DNA from: Rebecca billardiae RCC1528
Lineage: Eukaryota; Protista; Haptophyta
DNA: 64,000 nucleotides
Direction: 5' to 3'
NCBI GenBank assembly: GCA_965240325.2
Contig: OZ251222.1
Span: forward strand, 248,001 to 312,000
The notes under the pieces were generated by a model. That model did not search any database. It was not told where the DNA came from and saw only the letters and a program-made list of their open reading frames with translations. Position 1 is the first letter of the stretch; the number at the start of each line of letters is the position of its first letter. The position numbers were made by a program, and so were the translations under genes. This document shows positions 9,468-22,399 of the stretch, in pieces.

Positions 9468-12400
9468 TCATGGCGGCATGGGTGCTCCGGTCTGCGCCAT
9501 GTTTTTCCTCATGAAGTTCTTGTGCTGCCGCTTCTCCGCTTGCCTCCTGCGGTCGATCTCCGGATCCATCCGATCGTCCACTTTCTTTCTCGCCTCCGGG
9601 AGCGCGAAGACTGGCGGCTCGCCACGGACCTGTGTGCGCGCGGCGCACCGGGGCGGGCCATGCGTGAGCGTGGAGCGCGCGCGGCGCGAGGTGCTCGCTC
9701 TGACGGCGGCGCGAACGCGCGCCGTCGCGACGAGCGGCTGCGCACCTCGTACGACCACTGCATCTCGGCCGTGGTGATGAGCAGCGTGCCCTCCGCCACC
9801 TTGCCGTACTCGTACGGCGTGAAGGACACGTAGAACGTCTGCCCGTCCGCGCTCGCGCGCGGCAGCACGCCCTCGATCGGCCGAACGTTGAAGACCTGCG
9901 CGTGTGCGCGTGTGTGCGCGTGCGCGTGCGCGTGCGTGTGCGCGTGTGAGTGCGCGGGGAGCGCGGCCGGGGAGGCGGCGGTGCGCGGCGCTCGGCGCGC
10001 TCAGGCCGCGCGCGCGGCGCGCACCGTCGACGACTCGGCGGTGAAGCCCGCGGTGAACTCCGCGTTGGTGTCGAACGCGTTGTTGAGCGTGAACGCGACG
10101 GTGGCCGTCTTGTTGAGCGTCGACTCGAGTCGGATCAGGTCGTCCACCTCTGGCGTGCTCGCGTTCAGCGTGAGCTCGTACTTCCAGCGGCCGCCGCTCG
10201 GCTGCGCGGCGCGCGCGCGGCGGGAGGGCGCGGCGCGGGGCACCACGCGCGGGGAGGCGCGGGTGAGAGCCCGGCGCGGGCCGAGCCGCGCGGCGGGCGC
10301 GCGCGGCCGGGAGGCGGCCGGGCGGCGCGGCGCGGCGCGGCGCGGCGCGCGCAGCCCACCTGTCGCAGCACGATGGCGACGGTTGTCTTGAGCGGCCGCA
10401 GCGGCAGCCACTGCACGGCCACCGGCAGCACGCCCTGCGGGGAGAGCGTGCCCGCCACCTCCATGCGCAGCGAGGAGGCGATCAGCGCCGCGTGCTCCTG
10501 CAAGGCGCGAGCGGCGAGCGCGCGCATCCGCGCCGTGAGCGCAGGGGCCGCGCGGCGCAGCGGCGCAGCGGCGCGCGCGGGAGGGAGCGTGCGCGCGGCC
10601 GCTGCTCGACGCGCGCGAGCGCTCTCACCTCGGGGATCTCCTGGATGTCGATGGCGAACGGCCCGGGGATGCGCCCGCCGCCGAGCTCGAGCCCGTCGAG
10701 CGGCAGCTCGAGCATCGTCTGCAGCTGCTGCCTCGCCTTCACGCTGAGCACGTACGGCTTGAGCGAGGGCCGCGACTCTGCGAGGGCGACGATCGGCGTC
10801 ACCCAGACGAGCGTCGGGTCGTCGTCGACCGAGATGACCACCGTCGCCTCGTGCTCCTGCATGTCCTCGGCGGAGAAGGTGAAGGAGGCCTGCAGCTTGG
10901 CGCTCGACTCGACGACGATCCCCGTCGTCCGCCGCAGCAGCAGCGCGAACGCCGGCGCGCCCGCCGGCTGCTCGAGCCGGACAGAGACGCCGATCGCGCG
11001 GTCGAACGGGTTCACAAAGTTGACCGCGCCCGACGTGACGGTGCCGAGCTCGGCGACCACCTCGATCGCGGGCATGCGCGTGGGGTGCGTGCCGACGCCG
11101 GTGAGGTGGAAGGTCCACTCGGCGAGCCGCGGGTGCGTGAGCACCACCTTCGCCTCCTGCGCCTCGCCGAGCGCCGACGGCGAGTACTGCATCACCACGT
11201 CCGTCGAGCCGAACGGCGGCAGCGTGAGCGGCCCTCCGCGCTTGGTGCCAACCATCCAGTTGCGCGTGTTGCTGCACACGCTGCGCAGCGAGATCGGCTC
11301 GTTGATCGGGTTGTCCACGCGCACGACGTGCTCCGCCGTCTTGCCCAGCTCGCACTGCAGCTCGGGCAGCTCCTCCGCCGCCGGCTTCTCCGCCTTGAGC
11401 AGCAGCTTGTACCAGAACTCGCCCACCTGCGCGTTGATGAAGGAGACCGCGCCCGCGCCCACGCCCGCCGTGAGCGGCGAGTAGATCAGCTCGTACCGGG
11501 CGACGGTGTCGGGGCCGGGGCCGATGCGGAGGGTGGGCTCGCCCACGAGGCCCTCGCCCTCCAGGTCGACCTGGAACTCCACCGCCTCGCCCAGCGGGTT
11601 CACCACCTCCACCTCCACCGCCGCCCCCTTCCGCACGACCGCACCCACCTCGATTGTCCTCTCGGCGGGCGGCGGCGACGCGCGGATCTCGACCGTGTAC
11701 CACAGGTAGCGGCCGTCGGGCGCCTTGAAGGTGATCGAGCCGTGGACCGCGCCGCCGAGCTGCGGCGCGATGCTCAGCGCGTAGCGCGACGGGTGCTGCC
11801 TGTTCAGCGTCGAGCCGCGCCGCGAGCCCGCCGCGCTCGGCACCGCCGACTGCCGCCTGGACGCGTTGTCCTCGCGCTCCTGCCGCCCAAACGGCACGGC
11901 GCCCGAGCGCGCGGGCACCTTCACCGTCGGCTCGCCCGAGACGTGCATCAGGTCGGACTCGACGGTGACCTTGCACTCCTTGCCGTCGGCGGAGGGGTTG
12001 AACACGCCGAACTCGTGCTTCGTCTTGCTCCGCGCCTGCACGTCCAGCACCACCGTCCCCTCGGCGAGCGGCTCCTCGCCCACGCCCACGAGCGCGTACG
12101 CAAACCGGTCGCCGGTCGTCGCGTTCGAGAGGACGAGCTCGCCCTCGACCTTGCACATCCACTCGGGGGCGAACTCGAGGACGTACTGCTCGGTGCGGCC
12201 GGCGGGGACGCGCAGCGACGTCGAGCCGCGGAAGTACTCGCCGCTCAGGCTCGCCGTCAGCTCCCACGGCAGCGGCGAGTTGTTCACCACCGGGATCTCC
12301 TGACGGATCGAGCGGCGCGCGGGCGCGGCAAACTCGAGCGTCGCGCGCGTGCCCGGCGCGGGCGCGGTGCCGGCGAGGTCGTAGACGCGCACGTCGAGCG

Positions 12401-15400
12401 GCGAGTAGAGCACGAGCTTGGACGTGTACATCCCCGGCCGCTTCGGGTTGAACTGCACGCGCACGAGGTTGGCGCTCGCCGCCGAGCCGGCGGTCATCTG
12501 GCCGGTCGCGAGCGGCGTCTCCGCGCCGGACGGCGGCCCCTGGCCGGGCTCGGTCGAGGTCGCGCGCCGCCGCAGCCCCTTCGCCTCGAGCAGCTCGACG
12601 AAGGGCGGCCCCTGGAAGAAGGTGCCGGAGAACTCGAGCTTGAAGTAGAGCGGCGGCGCGCGCAGCGCCTCGCGCGACTTCTCCATGTCCTTGTCCCGCA
12701 CCTTCGCCAGCCGGCGCAGCGCGTCGGAGCGCGCCTTCTCGAGCGCCTCGTTCTTGAAGGCGAGCTCAAACTCGAGCGTGGCCGAGGTGGCCGCGTCCGC
12801 CTTGAGCGAGATGGTGTCGATGGAGGGCGGGAGGAGGCCGGTGCCCGTGACGACGTACACGAACTCGCCGCGCCGCTCGTCGAGGAACGAGATCTCGCAC
12901 GAGTGCTGCCCGAGCATGAACGGCAGGAACTGCAGCCGCACCGACGTGGACGCGCCCGGCGCGAGCGTGAGACTCACCTCGGGGCGGCGCGGGTCGGCCG
13001 ACGCGATGTGGAAGGCGCTGGGGAGGCGGCTGATCGAGCGCTCGAGCTCGGTGAGCCGGTCGACAGGGCCCGCCGCCTTGGACGACGCCGCGAGCGACTG
13101 CGCGCCGCTCGGCCCGCCCGGCGGCGGGCGCATCGACGGGCGGCGCGCGGGCGGCGGCGAGTGGCCGTCGCCCAGCGCCGCGCCCGTCGCCGCCGGGTCG
13201 CGGTCGAGCGCCGGCCGCTCCTCCGAGAGGCTGATCGCGAAGGTGCAGAGCTCGTCGAAGGGGTTGGTGACGACGACCTCCTCCTCGCGCACCTGGTACA
13301 GCGCCCCCTCGAGCGCGAGCGTCTTGTGCGGCCGCTTCGACGTGATCGTCGCCGTGAGGATGAAGGCGAGCGACGTGGCGTGCGCGGTCGTGTTGCCGTC
13401 GCCGCGCGAGAGGAAGAGCAGACGCGCGGACGCGTCCGCGGCGAAGCGCGAGGCGAAGGTGACCGGGTACGCGAGGGTCGTGCGCGGCTCGATGCGCACC
13501 GTCCGGCCGAGCGGCAGCTCGAACGCGTTGCTCCCCTCCACCCGCACCGCGTACACGATCGGCTTGCGCGACGAGTTGGACAGCTCGATCGACTTTGTGA
13601 TCTGCTCGTGCAGCGCGCCCGCAAAGTCGATGGTCGCTTTGGGCACGTAGTGCGGCAGCGTGTGGTACAGCGCGAGGACGGCGAGGGCGAGGTCGCGCTC
13701 CGTGCCGTGCAGGAAGGTCTCGACCGACGGCGGCCGCTCAAGCCCGAGGTGCTGCGTCATCGCCTCGACGCACAGCGTCACGTTGCGCGCGCGCTCCTCC
13801 GCGCTGCACGGCAGCGGGTGGAGCGCGTCGATGGCACAGCCTGGAGGCTTGCGCCGCGCGCGCCCCTCCGCCGTGGGCGGCGGCGGGCCGTCGCTCGTGC
13901 CGCGCCGGCTGCCCACGGCCTCCGGGCCGTCGCCCGTGCCGCGCCGGCTGCCCACGGCCCCCGCGCTCCGCCTGCTGCTCTTCGCGCTCTCCGCCTCCGA
14001 GCCCTCCGCCTCGGGCTCCTCCTCGCCGGCCGCCAGCTCGGGCGTGCGCAGGAAGGGCGCGTGCGAGAGCAGGAGCGCGCCGAGCACGTGGCCGTTGCGC
14101 AGCTGCTCGAAGCTGGTGATGCGCGCGAGCGGGCCGAGCGCGAGCTCGGGCGCGGCGCGGCGCCAGTGCGAGCTCACCCAGTGCAGCAGCAGCCCCTCCG
14201 CCACCGAGTACACGTTCGACCCCGCGAGGCCCGACTCAAAGTCGTCCGAGCGGTCGAGCACCTCCGCCACGCCCGGCGTGCCACGCAGCGCCTTGGGCGT
14301 GAGCCTCGACGCGACGAAGACCTTGATGAGCTGGTAGAAGACGGCGGACCACGCGGTGAGCGAGACGTACTTGTGCCGCGCCGTCAGCTCGCGCCGCTCG
14401 CCCTCGCTCAGCTTCGGCTCCACCGGCCGCCCGTCGTACAGCTTCTTGTCCTCGCGCCAGATGGCAGACTCACTCGTGGGCGGCGGCTTGGCCGCGCCGA
14501 GCCGCGCCGCGTGCGCCGCCGCCTTGCGCTCGGCCGAGTGCCAGCGCAAGAAGTCGTCGCGCGAGAGGAGGTACTCGGGGTGCACGTCGGGCAGCAGCGC
14601 GCCGTGCGACTTGAGGAACGTGATCAGCGCGTCGTACTGCTGCCACAGCGCGCGCGCGAGCGCGACGCGCGACTTTGCGGGCCGGCCAATCACGGCCTGC
14701 GCGTCGCGCGGCACGAGGTGCGCGACGTTCTTGCCGGAGACGGACTCGAGGATGTCGATGAGCGGGCGGCCGCGCGCGGCGATCAGCCCGCCGGGGAAGG
14801 GCCGCTGCGTCGGCAGCTCGTACAGGAAGTTCTTCACCCACGGCAGCAGCACCGCCGCCTCCGCCTCGGCGGCCGCGACCGCGCGCGCGAGCTCGGCGTC
14901 GGCCGGGAACTGCGGCCGCACGGGCGGCACGGGCGGCGTGCCGGCGGCGGGCGAGTCGACGGGCGCGGAGGAGCGCGCGAGCGCGGCGGTGTTGGCGGTG
15001 GGCCCCCTGCCGCCGACCCCGCGCGAGAACGAGCGCGACTGCCGCCGCTTCTGCATCGAGCCCCCGCCCGCGTCCGCGGGCACGAGCATGAGCGGCCGCC
15101 CCTGCCCCTGGTGAGCCACCTCGTACGCCGCACGGTTGGGCCCGAGCCACGGCTGCACGGTGAAGAGCGAGTTGTCGGTGGAGGCGGAGACGTCGATGCC
15201 GTACCGCCGGCCGTGCGTGTCGATCAGCAGCACGCGCGCGGTGAACGCCATCGGCTTCTTCGACGAGAACGACAGCACGATCGGCAGCGCCTCCTTGGCG
15301 AGCCCGATCATGTTGCCCTCGGGGTAGCTCAGCCGCAGCGGCACCTTGGACGTGTCCGCGGGCAGCTTGTGCTGCAGCTCGAGGTTGTCGTACCCGTCGT

Positions 15401-18400
15401 TGATCACGAGGAAGGTGGCGGAGGCGGTGAAGCCGAGCGGCACGGGCGGGAGCACCACCTCGCTCCGGTCGAACGTGAGCCTCGGCCGCACGCCGCGCGC
15501 GCTCAGCTCGAGCTGCAGGTACGGCTTGCGACGGTCCGCGTCCAGATAGACAGGCAGCCCGACGCCGTCGAGCGCGCACACGCGGTCCGGGCGGAAGCGC
15601 ACGCGGATGCGCGCCTGCTCGCCGGCGTGCAGCACGCCCTCGGTCGGCTCGATCTCGACGAGCCCGTCCGACGGCAGCGCGTGCGTCGCGAGCTCCCACC
15701 GCAGCGACTTGCGCGACGGGTCGACGTTCTGCAGCGTGACGTGTGCGTCGTACGGAAAGTCGCGCGCGCGGATGATGCACGGGCCCAGGTCGAGGTTGAG
15801 CGGCGAGAGCACCATGCGCGTGGCGACCGACTCGGCGGTGACGGCGCGGCGGAGCTGCGGCGACGGCGCCAGGCCGGCGAGCGCGAGCGGCAGCTCGAAC
15901 GCGTGCGACGCCACCTCCGTCGGCGTGTACGTGAACGCGAGCTGCAGCCGCGCGCCGGGCGCGACCGAGATCCGATAGTCGCGGTTGTCGCGGTCGTCCA
16001 CCTCGAAGGAGCGGTCGTCCTCGTCGTCCGTGCCGATCATCGAGTTGAGCGAGGCGCCGAGGTTGATGGAGTTCCGCTTCCCCCGCGCGCCCGCCCCGCC
16101 GCCCTCCGCGAGCAGCGCCTCGGAGAGCAGCTGCAGCGGCGTGTCCGCCTCGTCCTCGCCCGCCGGCCTCGGCTCGTCGTCCGTGTCGTCGCGCGCGGGC
16201 GGCGGCGTGTACGCGAGGTCAAAGCCCGGGTGCTGGGTGAGCTTGAGGTCGAGGAGCGCGACGAGCGCGCCGGTGTTCTCGATCGTGAGCGTGCGCGCCA
16301 CCTTCGCGCCCACCGTCACCGTGCCGAACTCGAACTCGTCCTCGGCGATCAGCACGTCTGGCAGCTGCGCGTCCGCCGTCACGTGCAGCCGCACCGGCCG
16401 GCCGCCGCGCACGTGCGCGGAGAGGGTCGTGTCCAGCCGCATCGCGCTGGCGGGCGCGAGCTCGAAGACGACCTCGGCGGAGGCGCCGGGGCCGAGCCGC
16501 TCCATCGCCGGCGCGAGCGTCAGCCCGGGCGGCGGCGACTCCCAGTAGAACACCGTCGGCTCGACGCCCGTGTTCTTGAGCGTGACCGTCATCTCGCGCC
16601 GCAGGCCGAGGGCGACCAGCCCAAAGTCGAGCTTCTTCACGTCCGCGCTCAGCTTGGCCTCGTCGAGCTCGGCCTTGCAGAGCAGCGTGCGCGAGGGGCC
16701 GCCCTCGACGACGAACGTGAGCATGTGCTCGTACGCCGCGCCGGGCAGCGGCGTGAACGCCACCTGCACCTCGAGGCTCTTGCCCGGCTCGACCGCGCCG
16801 CGCTCGGGCGTCACCTCGAACGCGATCGGCCGCTTGGACGAGACCGCCGGACCGCGGCACTCGAACGCGGCGCGGAAGGTGCCGTGGTTGGTGAGCTTGA
16901 CGGGCAGCGTGAGCGTGGGGTCGAGGTTGTCCGGCGGGAACGCGAAGCGCAGCTCGTCCGTCGACAGCTCCAGCTCGATCGGCACCACCTCGCCCACCAC
17001 GCTGAACTTGTACGAGTAGCGGTCGTTGATGGTGTACGAGACCGTGCGGCGGAAGGAGGTGGGCGTGGGCGAGCTGAAGATGATGTCGAAGCCGGCGATG
17101 CCGTTGGGCGGGATCACCTGCGACTCGGGGGTGGACTGCTTGAGCTCCTCCTCCTCCGCCGCGTCCACGCTCACCAGCACGTGCGTCAGCAGGTCGTTCG
17201 CCAGGTTGAACGAGCGGTGGACCGCGGTGAAGACGGAGACGGTGCCAAAGTCGATCGTCTTGGGCCCGCCCGGCACGAGCAACAGGTCCTTGGGCGGGAG
17301 CGACATGTTGCAGTCGCGCACCTCCTCGTGCGAGCTCGGGCGCAGCTTGTGCTTCCGCCGGATCAGCTTGCGGTCGTCGAAGAGCAGCCCGCGCGCCTTG
17401 TTCCCCTTCCCCTCCACGATCGGCTCGCCGTCGATGTCGTACGGGTGGTCGAGCCAAAGCGGCTCCTTGGCGCGCGGCAGCTCGAGCGTCGGCTGCTCCG
17501 CCGCCCAGCCGCCGTGCAGCGGGTGCTCGCCGCGCGCGGAGAGGCTCGCCATGCCCAGGTCGACGCCCAGCTCGAACGCCGCCAGGTCCGACACCACCGG
17601 CCGCACGAAGCGCGACGCCTCGCGCGCCGCGCGCTCCGCGTGCGACTCCCTCAGGAAGCCGACGTACTTGTCCTTGTGCTGCAGCCGGTGCTCGAGCTCG
17701 CGCGGCGTGAGCTCAAAGCCAGTGTGCTCGACGCCCTTGCGGTCGAGGGCGGCGTTGAGCGCGCTCTGCTCGGCGAAGGTGCGGCGCTTCGTGATGTTCG
17801 GCAGCCCCGTCGCCAGCGCCATGTCCACCTCCGCGCGCTCGTGCCACACCGTCTTGCGCCCGCCGCCCCGCTCCGCGCCGTCGCCGACCGGCCCGCGCAG
17901 CGCGTGCGTCGTGATGCCGCCGCCGAGCGGCCGGATCGTGGTCGGCCCAAAGTTGGGCTCGCGCTCAAAGTCCTCGGGGAGGGCGAGCGGGCCGCCGGCC
18001 GTCTTGCGCCGCCCGCTCGTCCCCTGGCACACGCCCGACACGTCGACGGGCAGCGTGAGCACCGCGCCCTTGAACGCGAACAGCTTGAGCACCTTTGAGA
18101 TCGCGCCCTGCTGCCGCGGCTCAAATGAGACGAGCACGTCGCGCGAGCCGCCGGGCGCCAGCCGGCCGCTCGCGGGCGCGACGCGGAAGTTGGCGACCTT
18201 GGAGAAGGAGAAGTCGACGGGCATCTCGCGGTTGCCGTTGGTGATCGTCACCGCCGTGTCCACGTGCTCGTACAGCTTGCACGGCTCGGCGAACTGGATG
18301 GAGGCGCGCGAGAGCCGCACGTCGGGCGTGACGGCGCACCCGTCCAGCACCACGTCGATGCTCTGCGACGTCTCGAGCACCGAGAGGCGCTTGGCCACGG

Positions 18401-19514
18401 CGAAGCGCGGCGGCGGGCGCTCGCTCATCTCCGCCCGCGTCGCGCGGAACCCCGCCTTGCTCGGCGGGTTCGGCGGCGGCGAGAACGAGAACGCCACGTC
18501 CATCGAGCCGAACGGCTCGATGATGCCGTCCGCTGGGCTCACGCCAAACACGGCGTCCGACTTGTCGTGGTCGAGCGACTCGTCCTCGGCGAGGTCCTGC
18601 GGGATGTCGTCGTCGCGCAGCGTGGCGAGGGCGAAGGAGATCGCCTTCGGCCCGTTGTTCACCAGCGTGCACGCCACCTTCTTCGCCAGCCCCGCGTACA
18701 GGTTGCCGAAGTCGAGCTTGGGCGGCATGAGCACGCCCTTCTTGTCGAGCAGCTCGACGCGTTGCAGCAGCACGTTGGCCGTCACGTCGATCAGCGCGGG
18801 GGCGACGCCGCCCTCGACGGCGAGGCGGGCGAGCGCGCGCGCGGGGCCGAGCGCGTTCGGCGTGAGCTCGACGCGCACGCTCACCTCCTGCCCCGGCGCC
18901 ACCTCGCCCCGGTCCGGCACGAAGCGCACGAGCGTCGACTCGCTCAGGTCGGCAGACGTCAGCTTGACCTCCTCGCCCGTCGACGCCTCGACCATCGCGA
19001 CGTCGAAGCTGAAGAGGCCGGGGCGCTTGCCCGTGTTGGTCAGCGTGATCTTCTTCTTCGCCGCCTGCTCGTGCACCACCGGGCCGAACGCCACTGTCGT
19101 CTCGCAGTGCAGCTCGGCGCGCGGGCGGAACGCGCGCATTGGCACCTCGAGCACGTGCCCGCTCACATCGATCTTGAGCGCGGAGTGGAAGTCGTCGTCG
19201 TCGGCGAGGATGAACTCGACATCGGCGGTGACCTCAATGCCGGGCGCGATCGTCGCCGTGCCCAGGCGGCGCATCGTGAACCCGCTGCCCACGGGCGGCG
19301 CGACGAAGCGGATGCGCTCGTTGCGGTGGCTCACGTTCTTCACCGTCACGCGCATGACGTACTTGACGCCGCGCTCGACGTCAACAAAGTCGATGGAGGG
19401 CGGGTGGACGCGCACGCGCCCGTACAGCACGTCATCGCCGTACTCCTCCGCCGGCTCACGAGGAGCCTGCACGGCCGGTGGCGGCACGCCACCGGCGCCG
19501 CTGCTGTCCACCAT
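9468..19514 (-). CDS. CFAP47: Cilia- and flagella-associated protein 47 (ASH/Ig-like repeats plus calponin-homology region), join(10629..19514,10360..10497,10025..10201,9746..9895,9468..9629)
   Basis: ~3170 aa with many ASH/PapD-like repeats (L.N.G...F, P..G.+.PG). Motifs SNVYSVAEGLLLHW, GEFWYKLLL, GGRWKYEL and QWSYEVRG. Four phase-0 GT-AG introns restore a continuous frame. Confidence 0.85.
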
Positions 19515-19756
19515 GGCGAGCAGCCAGCGCAACCGACAAAACGTCGCCCGGAGTCGGCGCCGAAACTGCCGGACTTTTGGCCCGTACCACGATTTTCTCA
19601 TTTTCAGGAACTTCAGGCGATTGAGATGATGCATGGCCGGTCTGCGTAATCATCATCATGATCGGACCGGACCGCGCGTCGGCGCATCATTCCGTCTGAT
19701 GCTGACGCGCCGTCGTCTCCACTACCGCGCAGGTGTGCTCCGAGCGCCCGGCGTCC

Positions 19757-20024
19757 CTATCGGCTGGGCGCTGCTCGCAGACTCTGCTCTGCGGAGCGCT
19801 TGCCGAGCCAACGGCGCACGCTCGCCTGGATGCGCACGGCGGCAGCTCGCCGCTCGCGAAGGGAGCGCCGCGCCTGCCGCCCACGCTCGACGGCGCCGAC
19901 GCGCTGCGCCGCGCGCGCAGTGTCGCCACCTTCGCGTCGGCCGTCGGCCGCGCTCGCGACGGGCTGCGCCCGCGCGCTCCCAGGCCCGAGCGTGTGCGAC
20001 GCTTGCGAGGCCGAGCGCGCGGTC

Positions 20025-20067
<43 letters not shown>

Positions 20068-21733
20068 GTTCCGCCGCAGCGCCACGGCCGGCGGCGCTGA
20101 GCTTGGCGTGCGCGGTGGGCTGCGGCAGCACCAGGTCTGCCGCCGCGGCGGGTGCGTGCGTCATGCTCGCCGCCGCCTCAGGCTTGAGCAGCCCGCACCA
20201 CGAGAAGAAGCGCACGACGCGCGGCACGTCGAGCTGGGTAAAGTACTCATCTGAGTAGACGTGCTCGACCAGCTCGTCCTCGCTCGCGCCCGTCTCGGCG
20301 CAGTAGTGGGCGTACAGCGTCTCGCACGCGCGGCGGAAGCCGACGCGCTCGGGCTTGAGCTCCGCCCACAGCACCTCGAACGCCTTCTGCGCGAAGAAGT
20401 CCGCGCGGAAGAAGTGCGCGAACCGCTCGCAGTAGAGCGCGAGCTCGGCGCGCAGCCGCGCAGGCGAGCCCGGGTGCACCGACATGTTGGCGAGGTGCTT
20501 GGGCAGCGTGGTGCGCGTGCCGCAGGGCAGCTGGCCGGAGGGCACGGGCGTCTTGAGCAGCAGCGCGCCGCGCTCGCGCAGGAAGCGCACGCCCTCGAAC
20601 TCGCGGCCGAAGTTCGACGGGTGCGAGAACAGCGCCCACGCGTCGTCGTTGAGCGCCTGCCACACGTCGACGATGCCGAGCGCGTGTCGGTCGTCGTAGT
20701 CGAGGAGCAGCGGCGCCTGCACGCCCAGGGTGGCGGAGAGGACGGCGAGGAACCAGTTGACCGCGTGCACCGCGACGTGGTCCCGCCCGAACGTGTCGCC
20801 CACCAGGTCGAAGTAGAACCGCGCCGGCTCGACGTACGCCGACGAGACCGCGCGCTCCTTGTGCTCGTCGAGGTAGTCCTCAAAGCACGCGCGCACGTGC
20901 AGCAGCGCGCCGTCGCGCGTGCCGAGCGCGGCCGAGGTGGCCGGGTCGTACGAGGGCGAGGCGTTGAGCGAGGGGGGCGCGAAGGAGCCCTGGGTCGAGC
21001 CCGACGACGTCGACGAGCTCAGCTTGGACGACGCGGTGCCACCCGCCGCGCCCGCGCGCGAGCTCTGCTCGAGCAGGTGGTACGAGCGCTGCACGAGCAG
21101 GTTGAATGCCTGCCGCTTGGCGCTCGCGCACCGGCCGGCGCGGTCGCAGATCTCGGAGAGCTTGGCGGGGAGCGCCTCGGCGTCGTCGAGCTCGTCGATC
21201 AGCGTGAGCGCGTACGTCAGGTGCGCCTGGCGCGCCACCATGTGCGCGTGCAGCTGCTCCACGCGGTCGACGATCAGGCAGTCGTGGATGAGGTCGCGCT
21301 GCTCGGCCGCGGCGCGCGCGTCGGGCAGGTTGTACGCCTTGCGCACGACCGAGCGCACGACCGCGTTGAACGTGCGCGCGTCGGACATGCGTCGCCGAAG
21401 CGCCTTGTCCGCGCGGAGCCGGGACTCCATCTCCTGCAGGTAGCGCAGCGTGCGCGTGCCACTCATCCACGCCGGCTGCACGCAGATGATGGACGCTGCG
21501 AGCGCGTACTCGTCGGGCATGCGCTCCTCGTCGAAGCGCGACCAGCGCGTGCGCATCTCGAAGCTCGACGTGCGCGTGATGTCGCCAAAGTGCCGCGGCT
21601 CGCCGCCCACCGAGGGCCGCTCGTCCACAAACGCGCCCGCGGGCGGCGGCGGTTCGCGCGCCACGACCGTGTCAGCGGTGCCGGGCGCGCCCGCCGCGCG
21701 CCGGCCGGCGTTCGTCGACGCGCACGCTCCCAT
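19757..21733 (-). CDS. Uncharacterised protein with N-terminal acylation motif (MGACAS) and C-terminal IQ motif
   Basis: ATG at 21733 gives MGACAST (Gly2, Cys4, Ser6). Globular helical core; C-terminal AAVRIQASVRRWLGKR. Confidence 0.7.
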
Positions 21734-22399
21734 CGCTCGCTCACAGAGGCTTCGGCCCTCGCGCGCGTCCACGGGCGGTCTCCCCGCTCCCTCGCCGGCG
21801 AGCTGCGGCGCGCGCCTTGGCCTCCTCGGCGACGGTGGGCGCGAGCTCGCCACCAGTTGCCCGCCTTCGCAAGCCCCAATCGACAAGCCACCGGGCGAGG
21901 CGGGGGGCGAGGGGCGCGCGGCGCGCCCGCGCCGTGTCGCGAGGCGGTGTCATAATTGGCACGCTTTGATGAGCTTGCAGATCCGGTTGGTCGGTAGTAT
22001 GCTCGCCTATCTAAAAGAAAGTACAACTAGGTAAACTTCAGTCGCAAAATGCTACATGCCGTATATGATTCGTATGTCCAAGCTCCTGAACCGCATAGTG
22101 CATCAGTCTCGTCGCTTCAATAAGAGCCCGGTACCGAGCTGTCTGAGACAGTTGTAAATGGTTTTAAATCATGTGCTATCGAAGTACCCCTTTATGATCG
22201 GTATGGTAGTCCTGGTCCGGCGGCGGTTCCTGAGCCACTGGGGGGTGCCCTCGAAATAAAAACCCAAGAAAACAACAGCGCATGATTTTTCTTGCGCATT
22301 TTCATTTTTTCGCCGCCATGCCGCGAATCAGCAAGGACTTTCATCGGGGCCGCGCGGTCGCGCCTCGTCTTCCCTCGGCTCCCCGGCTTCGCGGCCGCG

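Noticed and set aside
10851-18098. 2415-aa plus-strand ORF and many other long antisense or alternative-frame ORFs
   Set aside because: Shadow ORFs of real genes. Extreme GC3 removes stop codons, and the products are R/A/G-rich with no motifs.
19515-19634. Upstream extension of the CFAP47 ORF (MHHLNRLKF...)
   Set aside because: AT-richer, promoter-like sequence. The ATG at 19514 fits better, although the upstream ATG is not strictly excluded.
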